DNA of 64,000 nucleotides from a bacterium (GTDB lineage: Bacteria; Patescibacteriota; Minisyncoccia; Phycocordibacterales; UBA918), in the NCBI GenBank assembly GCA_043719295.1, contig JAYSUD010000005.1, positions 31,651-95,650 of the forward strand, in the 5' to 3' direction. Shown piece after piece: positions 9,815 to 19,857 of the stretch. Position numbers and translations under genes: made by a program. Numbering within the stretch: the first letter of the stretch is position 1; each line of letters opens with the position of its first letter. A model generated the notes under the pieces. It was not told the DNA's origin and did no database searches. It saw only the letters and a program-made list of their open reading frames with translations.

Positions 9815-11695
9815 TCATATGTCGAGTACATGAATATCATTCGAAGGGAAGAAACCTTTTGTTTCAATTGCAGATCGCATCATTTCAGTATCTTCTGTAA
9901 ATATTACGACAGCCAAATCTTGGACGGCGCGCGAACAGCAAACATAGAATAATCTACGAGTCCTGTCCACCACAGAATCTCTGCCATTTTGAATATTATC
10001 AATATCCGTTTCAGAAAGCGGGACCATATCGAAATATTTACCATAGGAAAAAGATGTCGTCGTACTTTCTTCATCATCGACTACTACCAAAACTCTATCA
10101 AACTCCGCCCCCTTAATCCCTTGTTGTGTTGCAAAGGGTGATTGTTCTTCAATATAAGTCCTATAGCTAAGCACTTGATTTGCACTACAGTTAAGAAATC
10201 TAAGCACTGAGTTTTCAGGGGCGTTTTCGGTAAACGATTCCCTAGAAATAAATTGTGAAAGTGGTTCAAAAAAACGTTCATCTAAAGCTAGAAGATTGTT
10301 CTTTTGAACAAAGTTAATCACATCACCAATTAGGATTTGACTTCTATCTGCAAACATTTCTCCTAGAGCAGTAAGGTCATCATTTAATGAAGCTAACTCA
10401 GTTGCAAGATTATTTGAAAAAATATAATCAGGATCAAGCCGAGGACAACTATTTCTCAGTATAGACATTACCTTGAAATCATCATTATCCGTTCTAGCTT
10501 GTAATAGCGGAATTATATACTGAATGAATGGTCTAACGACCCAAGCTGTCCCATCAATAAGTCCGCTCTTTAAGCTTTCTGGAGATTTGTCATTCAATGC
10601 ACTATAGATGTCAGGGAAACCAAGTCTGGAAGCTGCGATTCTGTGAACTACTACGAGCATTCTGACATCTCCTTCCTTTGTGTCACTCAACCAGAGTGGG
10701 TCATTATTCTGTTGAGCTAACCATGCTCTAACGCTCGTCAATCCCTCGGTTCGTTTATCTGAAGGTAAAATGAACGCTCTTGCCGTGCCTTGGATGGATG
10801 TTTGTACGCCATCAATCTCAATGGTTTTACCGCGAATTTGATGCAATCCATCACCCTCAGCTCTGATATTATTTATAACATTAAGCACATTGACTGGACA
10901 TCTAAAGTTTTCTGGTTTTTGAATTGTTAGCCACCCAACCTCTTCTGGTATCTCACCAATTCCATCCATATAAATCTTTTGCATTGGATCTCCAAAAAAA
11001 CCTAAGCAAAACCCAGTAGACGCACTTGAGGTTATTTTTTTTAAGGCTTTGATAAAATCAGGTATAGTGTCCTGACTTTCATCTACAAAGATGACAGGGA
11101 AGCGTTGCGCTATAACTTTTTGCAAAATGCCATGACTTGATATCAAGTCGGTGCCAATTTTCAGTATGTCACTATGCCCCAAGATTCCGTTTGCATAATC
11201 ACTGCCAGTACCATACCTAAAGCTTTTAACTATTTTAACAAGTTCAACTTGTTCTCTGTACCTCTCAATATTTAAACGCTCCTTTAATTTTGTGGCTTCG
11301 TGTGTCCTTGGTTTGATAATTTTTTCTTCAGATTCCAATATTTTTTCATCTATCCTTTGAAGAACCCAAGTCCTCAAGTCATCCTGAAACGGTCTAATAA
11401 CAATCCATAAGAAACTGTGAATTGTTGATACGTGAAAAAGTGTATCATGACTTACGTCACCATAAATTTCTTTCACAGCAACATCTGTATATGTGATACA
11501 AGCTATTTGCTGTGCTTGTCTACGCAGATGATCACCTCTCATTTCTGATAAATAATTTAAAGCCTTAACCAACGATGTTGTTTTACCAGAACCTGCCCCA
11601 GCTGTCATGAGAAAATGACACAACCCATCGTCATTTAAACGGGAGTGAAGTTCTATATCGGCAGGAGTGTCGGGGTTATCAATACGGCTTGTCAT
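9815..11695 (-). CDS. UvrD/Rep-like superfamily-1 helicase (GajB-like)
   Basis: Walker A TAGAGSGKTTSL, DE/Q motifs; start overlaps the stop of the upstream OLD-family gene (operon). Confidence 0.7.
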   Translation of the reverse strand: MTSRIDNPDTPADIELHSRLNDDGLCHFLMTAGAGSGKTTSLVKALNYLSEMRGDHLRRQAQQIACITYTDVAVKEIYGDVSHDTLFHVSTIHSFLWIVIRPFQDDLRTWVLQRIDEKILESEEKIIKPRTHEATKLKERLNIERYREQVELVKIVKSFRYGTGSDYANGILGHSDILKIGTDLISSHGILQKVIAQRFPVIFVDESQDTIPDFIKALKKITSSASTGFCLGFFGDPMQKIYMDGIGEIPEEVGWLTIQKPENFRCPVNVLNVINNIRAEGDGLHQIRGKTIEIDGVQTSIQGTARAFILPSDKRTEGLTSVRAWLAQQNNDPLWLSDTKEGDVRMLVVVHRIAASRLGFPDIYSALNDKSPESLKSGLIDGTAWVVRPFIQYIIPLLQARTDNDDFKVMSILRNSCPRLDPDYIFSNNLATELASLNDDLTALGEMFADRSQILIGDVINFVQKNNLLALDERFFEPLSQFISRESFTENAPENSVLRFLNCSANQVLSYRTYIEEQSPFATQQGIKGAEFDRVLVVVDDEESTTTSFSYGKYFDMVPLSETDIDNIQNGRDSVVDRTRRLFYVCCSRAVQDLAVVIFTEDTEMMRSAIETKGFFPSNDIHVLDI

Positions 11696-11699
11696 GTCG

Positions 11700-13961
11700 C
11701 TAAGTTACTTGCACACTTATAATAGTCTCACTCAGTACTTCAGTATCTCCGGTGCCTGAGGAGTTCTCTGTGGTAGGGGTAATTTGCATTTCCAACCACT
11801 TCAAACCTTCTGAAATATAATCTGGAACAATCCAGGCATCCTTATCTTTTGTTAGAAGTGCTAAAGCGAAATCGGTTTTTTTGAAGTTCTTGCCGCTGAT
11901 TCGTTTATATAAGCGATCCGTTATAACTTCGAGTGTTGGTGAATCGCTAGACTTTACTCTTAACTTAAGTTCTTTATTAGCCATTTCTTGACTCCAAGAT
12001 AAATTTTGATATGCAAAGGCTTCTTCTAGTGTGCGTCCAGTGCGTTCAATATTCTTAGTATCACGAATGATATTTATTTGCGTTTGATAACATACACGTA
12101 CTGGAGCACATCCTGTGTCACGAACTTGCTCTTTTTCTTCAGAAGTTGACTGCATAAGGTCAATGATATTTCTTTTTTTAGGCAACCACTGAATTAAAGT
12201 CTGATTTGAAGTGACAGCATTTTTTGTTTCGACAGAGCAGCTGCTACCTCTTTTTTTCTCACCCTCCTCGACCTCGTCAATATCTTCAAATTCATCTAAG
12301 TCAGTGTCTTCGTCTGTTACATTTTGTTCTACATCAGGGTCAGATCCAATGACACTATCAAGGTCAGTGATAACAAGAGTCGTTATCCCTAAAAAATCTA
12401 TGAGTGACTGAAAACGGAAACTAAAAGCTCCGCCAATTTCTAATACACTTAAATAAGTTTGTTTAAGAAGCGGTGCACTTTTCTCGATCATCAGTGGCGT
12501 TAATAATCTCTCAACATTTCCCTCAACCAGGACTGCTGCATCAGCAAAGAAGAGATCGCAGTGAGTTAACTTTAGATATCTTTCCAAAAAATCTCGCGTT
12601 GTCTCTGGTGTCTTCGTATAGTATTCAGACAGATTAAGTACAGAAGTATACTGAGAGGCTCCGCTATCTTCTCGCCGGAAATATCTAATAGGTTGAAAAC
12701 CTCTCTCGTAAAGAATGTGAGATGAATGGGTAGTTATAACTATTTGACTAGAATAAGCATCTGAGTCAGGCCCGTTAATGGACAATATGTCCAATATTTT
12801 GTTTACAAAAACCTGTTGCAACTGGTTATGTAAGTGTGCCTCTGGTTCCTCGATAAAAACAAGGTGTAAAGGCGGTCGTTTCACTTCAATATCCATCCAC
12901 TGGTTATGTAAGTCCAGTAATTCCACAACCATATAAATTAAGTTTTTAAAACCTAAGCCATTGTATTTGTCTGGAAGCGTCACGTCGTCACCTAAAGCGT
13001 AATGGACTTGTGTGCCGTCCTGAACATTCATTAATGTTGCTGGATTAAGATCTGAAAGTATCTTGATACTTGGGTTTTTCAACCCAGGATATCCTAGCTT
13101 AGAGAGCTTTTTCATTGTCGACGAGAACACATCTTGTAAATGAACGTTCATCAATCTCTCAGATTCAAAAAGAGCTTTCATGGCCTCATAATCATGACCT
13201 CGTTTCTCTAGATTGCGCTTATAAAATCTACTTAAGTGTCGAGAAAGCTCTTCTGATCTATTGCCGCTAGAAGTGTCTGATAGATGACGTTGTGCTTGCA
13301 GAAAGTCAATTTTGATGAGGGAAGAGAGGATATCTCTACCTGATCTGTTTTTACCAGCAGAGCCTTTGTCTGAAGTGATCTCTAATGGTTCATAAGTACC
13401 AATTTCGGATAGACTTATATCAAACTTTGATCTGTCGAGGACATAATACCTAAATTCGTATTCCCGCTTTAGCTCTTTAGTAAGGAAATCTTTTAGTGTC
13501 TTTGGAAACAAAACTACGGAATCTTCTTCAGCAGTTTGTTGTCCATTTTGAGCTATAGATTGTGCTTCTCTGAACCTAGATAGAGTTAACTGTGAGTCCG
13601 TCGGTGAGAAAGATACTCTTATCCCAACCTGATTTTCTCTCCAAGCAAGACTTGGTAACAAATCAATTACTCGATGTAAGTCAGAATCAGTAACACCAAA
13701 CCAGAAATCTATTGAGATTTCGGGAAGTTCAGAGTCAGCAATACCATTGGCAAAGGCCTCAATATTCGCCCAAGTAGATGCATTAAAATCATGTAGACTA
13801 AGTTTTTCACGAGATGCAGAAGCAAAGAGTTGCAAAGCCTGAACCACAGATGTCTTACCGCTATTGTTTGACCCGACGAAGATAGATATATCTTTTTCCA
13901 AATCTATAACGACGTCTTTTAGGCGTCTGAAGTTCTTTATGTGTAAGGAGTCTAATTTCAT
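11700..13961 (-). CDS. OLD-family ATP-dependent endonuclease, AAA_15/21 ATPase + Toprim (GajA-like)
   Basis: N-terminal MKLDSLHIKNFRRLKD...GSNNSGKTS; Walker B/D-loop LHLVFIEEPEAHLH; Toprim LVEGNVE and ITDLDS motifs. Confidence 0.75.
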   Translation of the reverse strand: MKLDSLHIKNFRRLKDVVIDLEKDISIFVGSNNSGKTSVVQALQLFASASREKLSLHDFNASTWANIEAFANGIADSELPEISIDFWFGVTDSDLHRVIDLLPSLAWRENQVGIRVSFSPTDSQLTLSRFREAQSIAQNGQQTAEEDSVVLFPKTLKDFLTKELKREYEFRYYVLDRSKFDISLSEIGTYEPLEITSDKGSAGKNRSGRDILSSLIKIDFLQAQRHLSDTSSGNRSEELSRHLSRFYKRNLEKRGHDYEAMKALFESERLMNVHLQDVFSSTMKKLSKLGYPGLKNPSIKILSDLNPATLMNVQDGTQVHYALGDDVTLPDKYNGLGFKNLIYMVVELLDLHNQWMDIEVKRPPLHLVFIEEPEAHLHNQLQQVFVNKILDILSINGPDSDAYSSQIVITTHSSHILYERGFQPIRYFRREDSGASQYTSVLNLSEYYTKTPETTRDFLERYLKLTHCDLFFADAAVLVEGNVERLLTPLMIEKSAPLLKQTYLSVLEIGGAFSFRFQSLIDFLGITTLVITDLDSVIGSDPDVEQNVTDEDTDLDEFEDIDEVEEGEKKRGSSCSVETKNAVTSNQTLIQWLPKKRNIIDLMQSTSEEKEQVRDTGCAPVRVCYQTQINIIRDTKNIERTGRTLEEAFAYQNLSWSQEMANKELKLRVKSSDSPTLEVITDRLYKRISGKNFKKTDFALALLTKDKDAWIVPDYISEGLKWLEMQITPTTENSSGTGDTEVLSETIISVQVT

Positions 13962-14069
13962 GCAGTTAAGCTAAGAGTATCACTAATTCAAATAGGTTGA
14001 AATACATACCTAATACAAAAATAACCTCAAATGAGGCTATTTTTGTATGCTTCTCGTGCTAGCACGAAT

Positions 14070-14143
14070 TGGTGATCCCACGGAGAATCGAACTCCGATT
14101 TCCAGGATGAAAACCTGATGTCCTAACCGTTAGACGATGGGAC
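14070..14143 (-). tRNA. tRNA-Glu (UUC), CCA encoded
   Basis: cloverleaf GGTCCCA...anticodon loop TTTTCAT...TGGGATCACCA read on the minus strand. Confidence 0.85.
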
Positions 14144-14256
14144 CAAACGTTATGTATAACGCGAGCAAAATCATACCAAAAAACACAGAAAAAGCTAGTC
14201 TTGTACACAAAAGGGCAATCTCGGAAGATTGCCCCCTATCACCGTTTTACTTGCTC

Positions 14257-14706
14257 TCACCGCTGATGCAAAGGAATTACCTGATGATGCCCTGAAGTGT
14301 AATCCTTTTGAAATAAATCATTTCTCTTTGCCGCTAACTCCACCTGGTCTAGCAACAAATTATTACTGATAATCGATGCCCCGAGCATCAGATCTTCAAA
14401 CGTGAGCCCAAGCAATTCTGCAAGACACTCAACTGCGCTCCTCTTGATGTTATTTGTGACATACGAACGTGACTCACCGAGCGAATAGTAAATGTTTGAG
14501 CGCTCTTTATTGCACGGCCGCTGGATCAAATCAACACCAAGTTTAAACTTTTCTAAAAGCGCTTTAACCGCTAGATAGGCAAGATCTTTTTCTTCTTGGG
14601 TTAAAAGAGGTGATGTTGTCTTTTTCCCTTCAGGAACAGACTTTGGCTCATCTACCAAAGGTGCACCAAACGCAGGCGCGAGCGATATACGTACTTTCCT
14701 AGCCAT
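14257..14706 (-). CDS. hypothetical protein, possible HTH
   Basis: 149-aa ORF; segment SAVECLAELLGLTFEDL is HTH-like; overlaps the upstream 79-aa ORF by 8 bp. Confidence 0.4.
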   Translation of the reverse strand: MARKVRISLAPAFGAPLVDEPKSVPEGKKTTSPLLTQEEKDLAYLAVKALLEKFKLGVDLIQRPCNKERSNIYYSLGESRSYVTNNIKRSAVECLAELLGLTFEDLMLGASIISNNLLLDQVELAAKRNDLFQKDYTSGHHQVIPLHQR

Positions 14707-14938
14707 GTACTTTCCTTTTCATTTTTGGAGCACCTACATTTTTTCGAGCTTCTGTTCGCATAAGGCGTAAGTCTTCCTGAGGGAAGTTATGCACTCTTTC
14801 AAGTGAATGAACTATATCCCAAAGACGTTGATATTCATCAGAATCTTCAGGGGCAAGATACAATTCCCCCCAGCACTTAATATAGAACTCTTTTGCTTTC
14901 TCTGGAGAAAGCACGTGGATATCAATTACGACATACAT
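14699..14938 (-). CDS. hypothetical small protein
   Basis: 79-aa ORF translationally coupled to the downstream 149-aa ORF. Confidence 0.35.
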   Translation of the reverse strand: MYVVIDIHVLSPEKAKEFYIKCWGELYLAPEDSDEYQRLWDIVHSLERVHNFPQEDLRLMRTEARKNVGAPKMKRKVHG

Positions 14939-15005
14939 CTGTTCCCTCCTTAGACTGCACTAAATGATAGACTAACGCATCTTTTAAATCTCTGCAAGAT
15001 TATAC

Positions 15006-16820
15006 CTATTCCACAGTCACACTCTTCGCAAGATTTCGTGGTCTGTCAACATTAAGGCCTTTTGCGAGGCCAACATAATACGAAAAGAGGTGTAGGTATA
15101 CGGTAGTGACAATTGGTTGCACAATTCTGTGCACTTTTGGCATGTAGACCACATCTTGTGCAAGTTCTTTGATATGCATATCGCCTTCTGTAGCAAAAGC
15201 TAAAATAGGTGCCTTACGCGCTTTTACTTCCTCAATATTTGAAATCATTTTCTCATAGACATCATCCTGAGGACAGAGTGCTATAATTGGAAACTCTGTA
15301 TCGAGCATGGCAATTGGACCGTGTTTAAGTTCACCTCCTGCATACGCTTCTGCATGGATGTATGCTACTTCTTTTAGTTTAAGTGACCCCTCGTGTGCAA
15401 TTGGAGTGTGGAATTTTCTCCCGATGAAAATTGCATCACGATGATGGGCAAACTTTTCTGCAATTGCTTTTATTTCATCTGCTTGCGTAAGTACTTTTTT
15501 TAGAACTGAAGGCAGTCCTTCAAGAGCTTTTGCTATTTCAATTCCCTCTTCTTGTTTCATTCCTCGTTCACGCCCAATTAAAAGTGTGAGTAATACAAAG
15601 ACGGTTAACTGTGAAATGAACGCTTTAGTTGATGCAACCGCAATCTCAGGGCCTGCATGGTTATGAACGCCAGCAGTTGTTTCTCTGGCGATTGTTGAAC
15701 CCACCGTATTGATAATTCCAAGCGTTAAGAGACCCATTTCTTTTGCAGAACGAATTGACGCCAACGTATCTGCTGTTTCTCCTGACTGTGATACTGCAAG
15801 TACGGCACTTTTTGGATCGGGAATATTTCGCTTGTATCGATACTCACTTGCAAGCTCAACTTCAGTAGGCAATCCTGCATACTCCTCAAGTAAGTACCGT
15901 CCAACGCAACCTGCATAGTACGCTGAACCACACCCGACAATTTGTAATCGATTGAGTGCTGCAATGTGCGTTAATACATTTTCAAGACCTCCAAGCTTTG
16001 CTCTACCCTTCTCTACCTGTAGACGCCCTCTTATTGTATTTAAAATAACTTCAGGTGCCTCATTGATTTCCTTAAGCATGAAGTGTTCGTACCCTTGTTT
16101 CTGTACTGATTCAAAATCCCACGCTACTTTTTCAGGCACTTTTTCTTTCTTTTCTCCAGACATCGAGAGGACACTGTAGCTACGAGCTGTAATAACGGCA
16201 ATTTCACCATCATCAAGGTACACAACGTCTTTGGTGTGCGCTAAGAGTGCCGACGGGTCGGACGAAACGAAATGGCCATCTTTACCAAGTCCGAGCACAA
16301 TAGGACTTCCCATCCGGGCTACTACAATTTCCCCAGGATTATGTTCACTCTGTACTGCAATACCATAAGTACCGCGAACCATACGTAACGCATCTAAAAC
16401 TGCTTGTTTGAGATTCCCTTTGTTTAAGGTACCGATAAGTTTTGCAAGGACTTCCGTGTCTGTTTGTGAAGTAAAGGTGATGCCTTGGGCTATGAGTCCT
16501 TCTTTAATTTCTCGATAATTTTCAATAATGCCGTTGTGTACGAGCCAAACTCCTCCTGACATATCACAGTGTGGATGTGCATTTTTTTCAGTTGGCTCAC
16601 CGTGAGTTGCCCAGCGGGTGTGTGCAATTCCTGAAGTCCCTCCAATGGTAGTAGTGATTTTTGCTGCAAGATTATCGATGGGACCAACGGCCTTCAGCGC
16701 TCCATAGCCGGGAACAAAAATCCCTGCAGAATCATAGCCTCGGTACTCAAGGGTTCGAAGTCCTTCAATTAAAAGCGGCTCAGCTGTCCGCGTCCCTACA
16801 TATCCAAAAATTCCACACAT
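15006..16820 (-). CDS. glmS: glutamine--fructose-6-phosphate aminotransferase
   Basis: MCGIFGYVG N-terminal nucleophile, two SIS domains, 604 aa. Confidence 0.9.
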   Translation of the reverse strand: MCGIFGYVGTRTAEPLLIEGLRTLEYRGYDSAGIFVPGYGALKAVGPIDNLAAKITTTIGGTSGIAHTRWATHGEPTEKNAHPHCDMSGGVWLVHNGIIENYREIKEGLIAQGITFTSQTDTEVLAKLIGTLNKGNLKQAVLDALRMVRGTYGIAVQSEHNPGEIVVARMGSPIVLGLGKDGHFVSSDPSALLAHTKDVVYLDDGEIAVITARSYSVLSMSGEKKEKVPEKVAWDFESVQKQGYEHFMLKEINEAPEVILNTIRGRLQVEKGRAKLGGLENVLTHIAALNRLQIVGCGSAYYAGCVGRYLLEEYAGLPTEVELASEYRYKRNIPDPKSAVLAVSQSGETADTLASIRSAKEMGLLTLGIINTVGSTIARETTAGVHNHAGPEIAVASTKAFISQLTVFVLLTLLIGRERGMKQEEGIEIAKALEGLPSVLKKVLTQADEIKAIAEKFAHHRDAIFIGRKFHTPIAHEGSLKLKEVAYIHAEAYAGGELKHGPIAMLDTEFPIIALCPQDDVYEKMISNIEEVKARKAPILAFATEGDMHIKELAQDVVYMPKVHRIVQPIVTTVYLHLFSYYVGLAKGLNVDRPRNLAKSVTVE

Positions 16821-16909
16821 AGTAGTAAAGAAAAATAATAATGAAGAAAGAAATAAGTCTTTCTACTATATAATACAATGAATAATCATTAATAGTTATA
16901 TCAATTTTT

Positions 16910-17380
16910 ATGGCTCACATTCATGAATTAATTGACTGGACCACCGGTGTGTATATCGTCCACGACAATAAAGTACTTATTCGTCTTCATGACAAAATTA
17001 AGAAATGGATTCACGTTGGGGGGCATGTTGAACTTGATGAAGACCCAGTTAGAGCTGCAATCCGAGAATGTAAAGAAGAAGTTGGACTTGATATCACCAT
17101 TTATGACAGTGGTATACGACCCTTAGAAATAGAAGCAGAATCTTTCATGAGATATCTACCCCCTCCAGCACATATGAATATTCATCATGTCGGAGGAACA
17201 CAGCATCAGCATATCGACCTTATTTACTACGCATCAAGTTTGACAAATGTCCTTGTCTTAGAAAAAGAAGACGACGAATGCATATGGTTAACAAAAGCAG
17301 AACTAGAAGCTCACCCTGATATTCACCCTCAAATTAAATTTTATGCATTAGGTGCACTTGATACACTCTCTATAAAATAG
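16910..17380 (+). CDS. NUDIX hydrolase
   Basis: Nudix box GGHVELDEDPVRAAIRECKEEVGL. Confidence 0.7.
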   Translation: MAHIHELIDWTTGVYIVHDNKVLIRLHDKIKKWIHVGGHVELDEDPVRAAIRECKEEVGLDITIYDSGIRPLEIEAESFMRYLPPPAHMNIHHVGGTQHQHIDLIYYASSLTNVLVLEKEDDECIWLTKAELEAHPDIHPQIKFYALGALDTLSIK

Positions 17381-17384
17381 AAAT

Positions 17385-17440
17385 AGCTAAAGGCCGGCGG
17401 GAGTTTCAAAAATGAAACGTATCCCCCGCCGGCCTTTGTG
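17385..17440. terminator. bidirectional GC-rich hairpin terminator
   Basis: aaaggccggcggg...cccgccggccttt with flanking A/T runs between convergent genes. Confidence 0.6.
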
Positions 17441-17453
17441 GTAGTGTTGATTG

Positions 17454-18446
17454 TTATTTAATGGCAGCAATCAGTTCTGCCAGGGTCATGTCCTTCAAAA
17501 GTTCCCATTGCGACATCTCTTGAAGTTTCCTAATCATTCTCGCAACATCCGGATCTTGTTGGTGAATCAACTGATACACCAGAAGGTCAAAATATCGAGG
17601 AGGCAAATCGTTAAGTGTCCGCGAAGCAAGGCGCAGAGAAACGAGTTCCTGCAACTCCCCCTTACTATCAATCTGCGTCAAGAGAAATTTCGCCACCTGT
17701 TCCACGTCTGCTTCGGCTGGTGCTTCGGCTGGTGCTTCGGCTGGGAGGCTAGTCAATTTTGGTACATTGTCAACTTGTTCATAACCGAGCAATTCCGGAA
17801 CAGAAATGCCAAGGTTCCTCGCCCACCTTTCCCCACGCTCTTGATTGAGATATGTTTTTTCAGCTTTGAAGTTATTGAGCGTTGACATACCTTCTGGCAA
17901 CACTGCAGCAAGTTCAGAGAGCGTCATACCCCGCTTTGTCCTGATGTAATCGAGTTTTTCATACACACGAGTTCTGATGGCTTTTAATGGCCAAACGCTG
18001 CGTTGGCGAAGTTCGTATGTTTCACCGTAGAGAGTCACTGTATCAAATGTCCAAATAACACTTGGTTCAGCTCGAGGTTCCGAGACAACATGTGTAGCTT
18101 CCGTCGCCAAATCAGTGACAATAGAAGGTGAGGAAACCTGAAAATCATAACGGAATTCCTGAATCGCTGTAGCATGCTTTTCTCCCTTATCCAAAAGCCC
18201 TTTGACCTCATCAAGCTCCAGGAAAAAAGAAATCTCTGACAAAGCTGGAGACTTCCTCCCATCGTAAAATAAATCGAGGGATCCTTTTGTCCAGTTAATT
18301 CTTTTTTGTAAGACCAATTCTTGAAAACTGTAGTTTTCAATAAGATCTCCAAGTTGCATCCCCAACATATCACTATGTCCGATGAATGCCTCTTCAAATG
18401 AAAGTGACATGGTGTTCTCCTGTTCTAGCTCACAAGTGGTTTGCAA
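17454..18446 (-). CDS. hypothetical protein with central XRE-like HTH and an (AEAP)n acidic repeat
   Basis: MTLSELAAVLPEGMSTLNNF...ERWARNLGISVPEL HTH; PAEAPAEAPAEA from a 12-bp x3 DNA repeat; locally elevated GC. Confidence 0.5.
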   Translation of the reverse strand: MQTTCELEQENTMSLSFEEAFIGHSDMLGMQLGDLIENYSFQELVLQKRINWTKGSLDLFYDGRKSPALSEISFFLELDEVKGLLDKGEKHATAIQEFRYDFQVSSPSIVTDLATEATHVVSEPRAEPSVIWTFDTVTLYGETYELRQRSVWPLKAIRTRVYEKLDYIRTKRGMTLSELAAVLPEGMSTLNNFKAEKTYLNQERGERWARNLGISVPELLGYEQVDNVPKLTSLPAEAPAEAPAEADVEQVAKFLLTQIDSKGELQELVSLRLASRTLNDLPPRYFDLLVYQLIHQQDPDVARMIRKLQEMSQWELLKDMTLAELIAAIK

Positions 18447-19359
18447 ACCATTCCTTGCAAGGGGTTTCTGTTGAACGAGCTAACACATAGCTAGCTGGTA
18501 TTACTTCATACAGTTTTAACAGACGCTCATACGAACGTGGGATTGGTGGATCGTCAATAGTCGCCAGTCGTTCTTTAACCTTTTGCATAAGCAGCAAATG
18601 TACTGGAATTGGAACACCAACTACACCAGAAGAAATCTTCTCAATAAGCTTATCAGTGAGTTTATATTCAGATCTGAACCATCGATCTATTGAACGGTAG
18701 TTAGAAAGAAGACTCCCCCACATATAGCTCGCTCGTCTGTCTCCTGATACAAAAGGTCCACTCGGCGACTGCCAAGAATTTCCATTTGATACAGGAGTTA
18801 GTTCCCGATTAAAATTACGAGAACCAAGTAAGACTGCTTGTGGTAGACCTATCCTCTCAGCTAATCTCGAAACAATTTCATGAGAGAGTCTGGTGATCGT
18901 ACTTTCTCCTGACAACACCTTGCGTTGATTAGTTTGCAAAAACACACCAGACGCATAACATATAGTCAGAATCCTTAATCCATGTTCTTGAACTAAGTAG
19001 TCAGAAACAACTGGTACAGCAGAGCTGATACCTTTTTTCTGTCTTAGTTTAGTACCTCGCCACGTTCCATCAACAATTGACTTCAAAAGCAGATACTCAG
19101 ACGCACCATCTCTGACACGCTTGGGATATGCTGCATAAAAATCTAACAGCAATTGAGCAATTGCTTCAACTGCTACCGGCTTATTACCTGCAGCAATTTC
19201 AGTCAAAGCAGAATCACTAAACCCACGGTTTTTACGCCATATCGGTTTATCCACCACTGTTTCAAGCAAAGCAGCAAAGATGCTGCCTGCATATGCATCA
19301 CCACTCACAAGGAGCGGGTGCACAAAGAGCATACTAGGTTGCTCGAGCATTGATCTCAC
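18430..19359 (-). CDS. hypothetical protein (no recognisable domain), operonic with 17454-18446
   Basis: 309-aa ORF overlapping the downstream gene by 17 bp; elevated GC. Confidence 0.5.
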   Translation of the reverse strand: MRSMLEQPSMLFVHPLLVSGDAYAGSIFAALLETVVDKPIWRKNRGFSDSALTEIAAGNKPVAVEAIAQLLLDFYAAYPKRVRDGASEYLLLKSIVDGTWRGTKLRQKKGISSAVPVVSDYLVQEHGLRILTICYASGVFLQTNQRKVLSGESTITRLSHEIVSRLAERIGLPQAVLLGSRNFNRELTPVSNGNSWQSPSGPFVSGDRRASYMWGSLLSNYRSIDRWFRSEYKLTDKLIEKISSGVVGVPIPVHLLLMQKVKERLATIDDPPIPRSYERLLKLYEVIPASYVLARSTETPCKEWFANHL

Positions 19360-19493
19360 TCCTTGATTACATAGGTTTGATCATATTGTTAAAGAACTGC
19401 TTTTGTTCAAGAACAATAGGATTACTAGTGAGATACAATACACGAATCAAGTCCGTTTTGCACGCTGGTTGACAGCTGAAAAGTAAATTATTT

Positions 19494-19805
19494 TTAGATA
19501 GATTTTGGAGCATGCTCCATAAACTGTTCTGGTGACACATCCTCTGCTGAAGTAACAAGATCAATATCTGATCCAAGTACTTCTACAAATCTTTTAGCTT
19601 CGCTACTTTTTCGAGAAATAAAAACCTCAAGTGGTGCTCCGTAACCAATAAATTCATTACTCTCTGCTACCATTGCTAATGCATCATTAAAACGCTTTGA
19701 GCTTTGGTTCTTAAGTAATACAATCCTATCTCGTACTTTCGTAAGATGGACTTCATTTCTCCATTCTAATGGACTCTGTGGACCTTTATCGAATGATTCT
19801 GTCAT
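19494..19805 (-). CDS. hypothetical protein
   Basis: 103-aa ORF upstream of the unknown cassette. Confidence 0.4.
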   Translation of the reverse strand: MTESFDKGPQSPLEWRNEVHLTKVRDRIVLLKNQSSKRFNDALAMVAESNEFIGYGAPLEVFISRKSSEAKRFVEVLGSDIDLVTSAEDVSPEQFMEHAPKSI

Positions 19806-19857
19806 ATCCGTCTAGTATACCAAAAAAGTGACTCTTTCTAGAGTCACTTTTTTGGTA

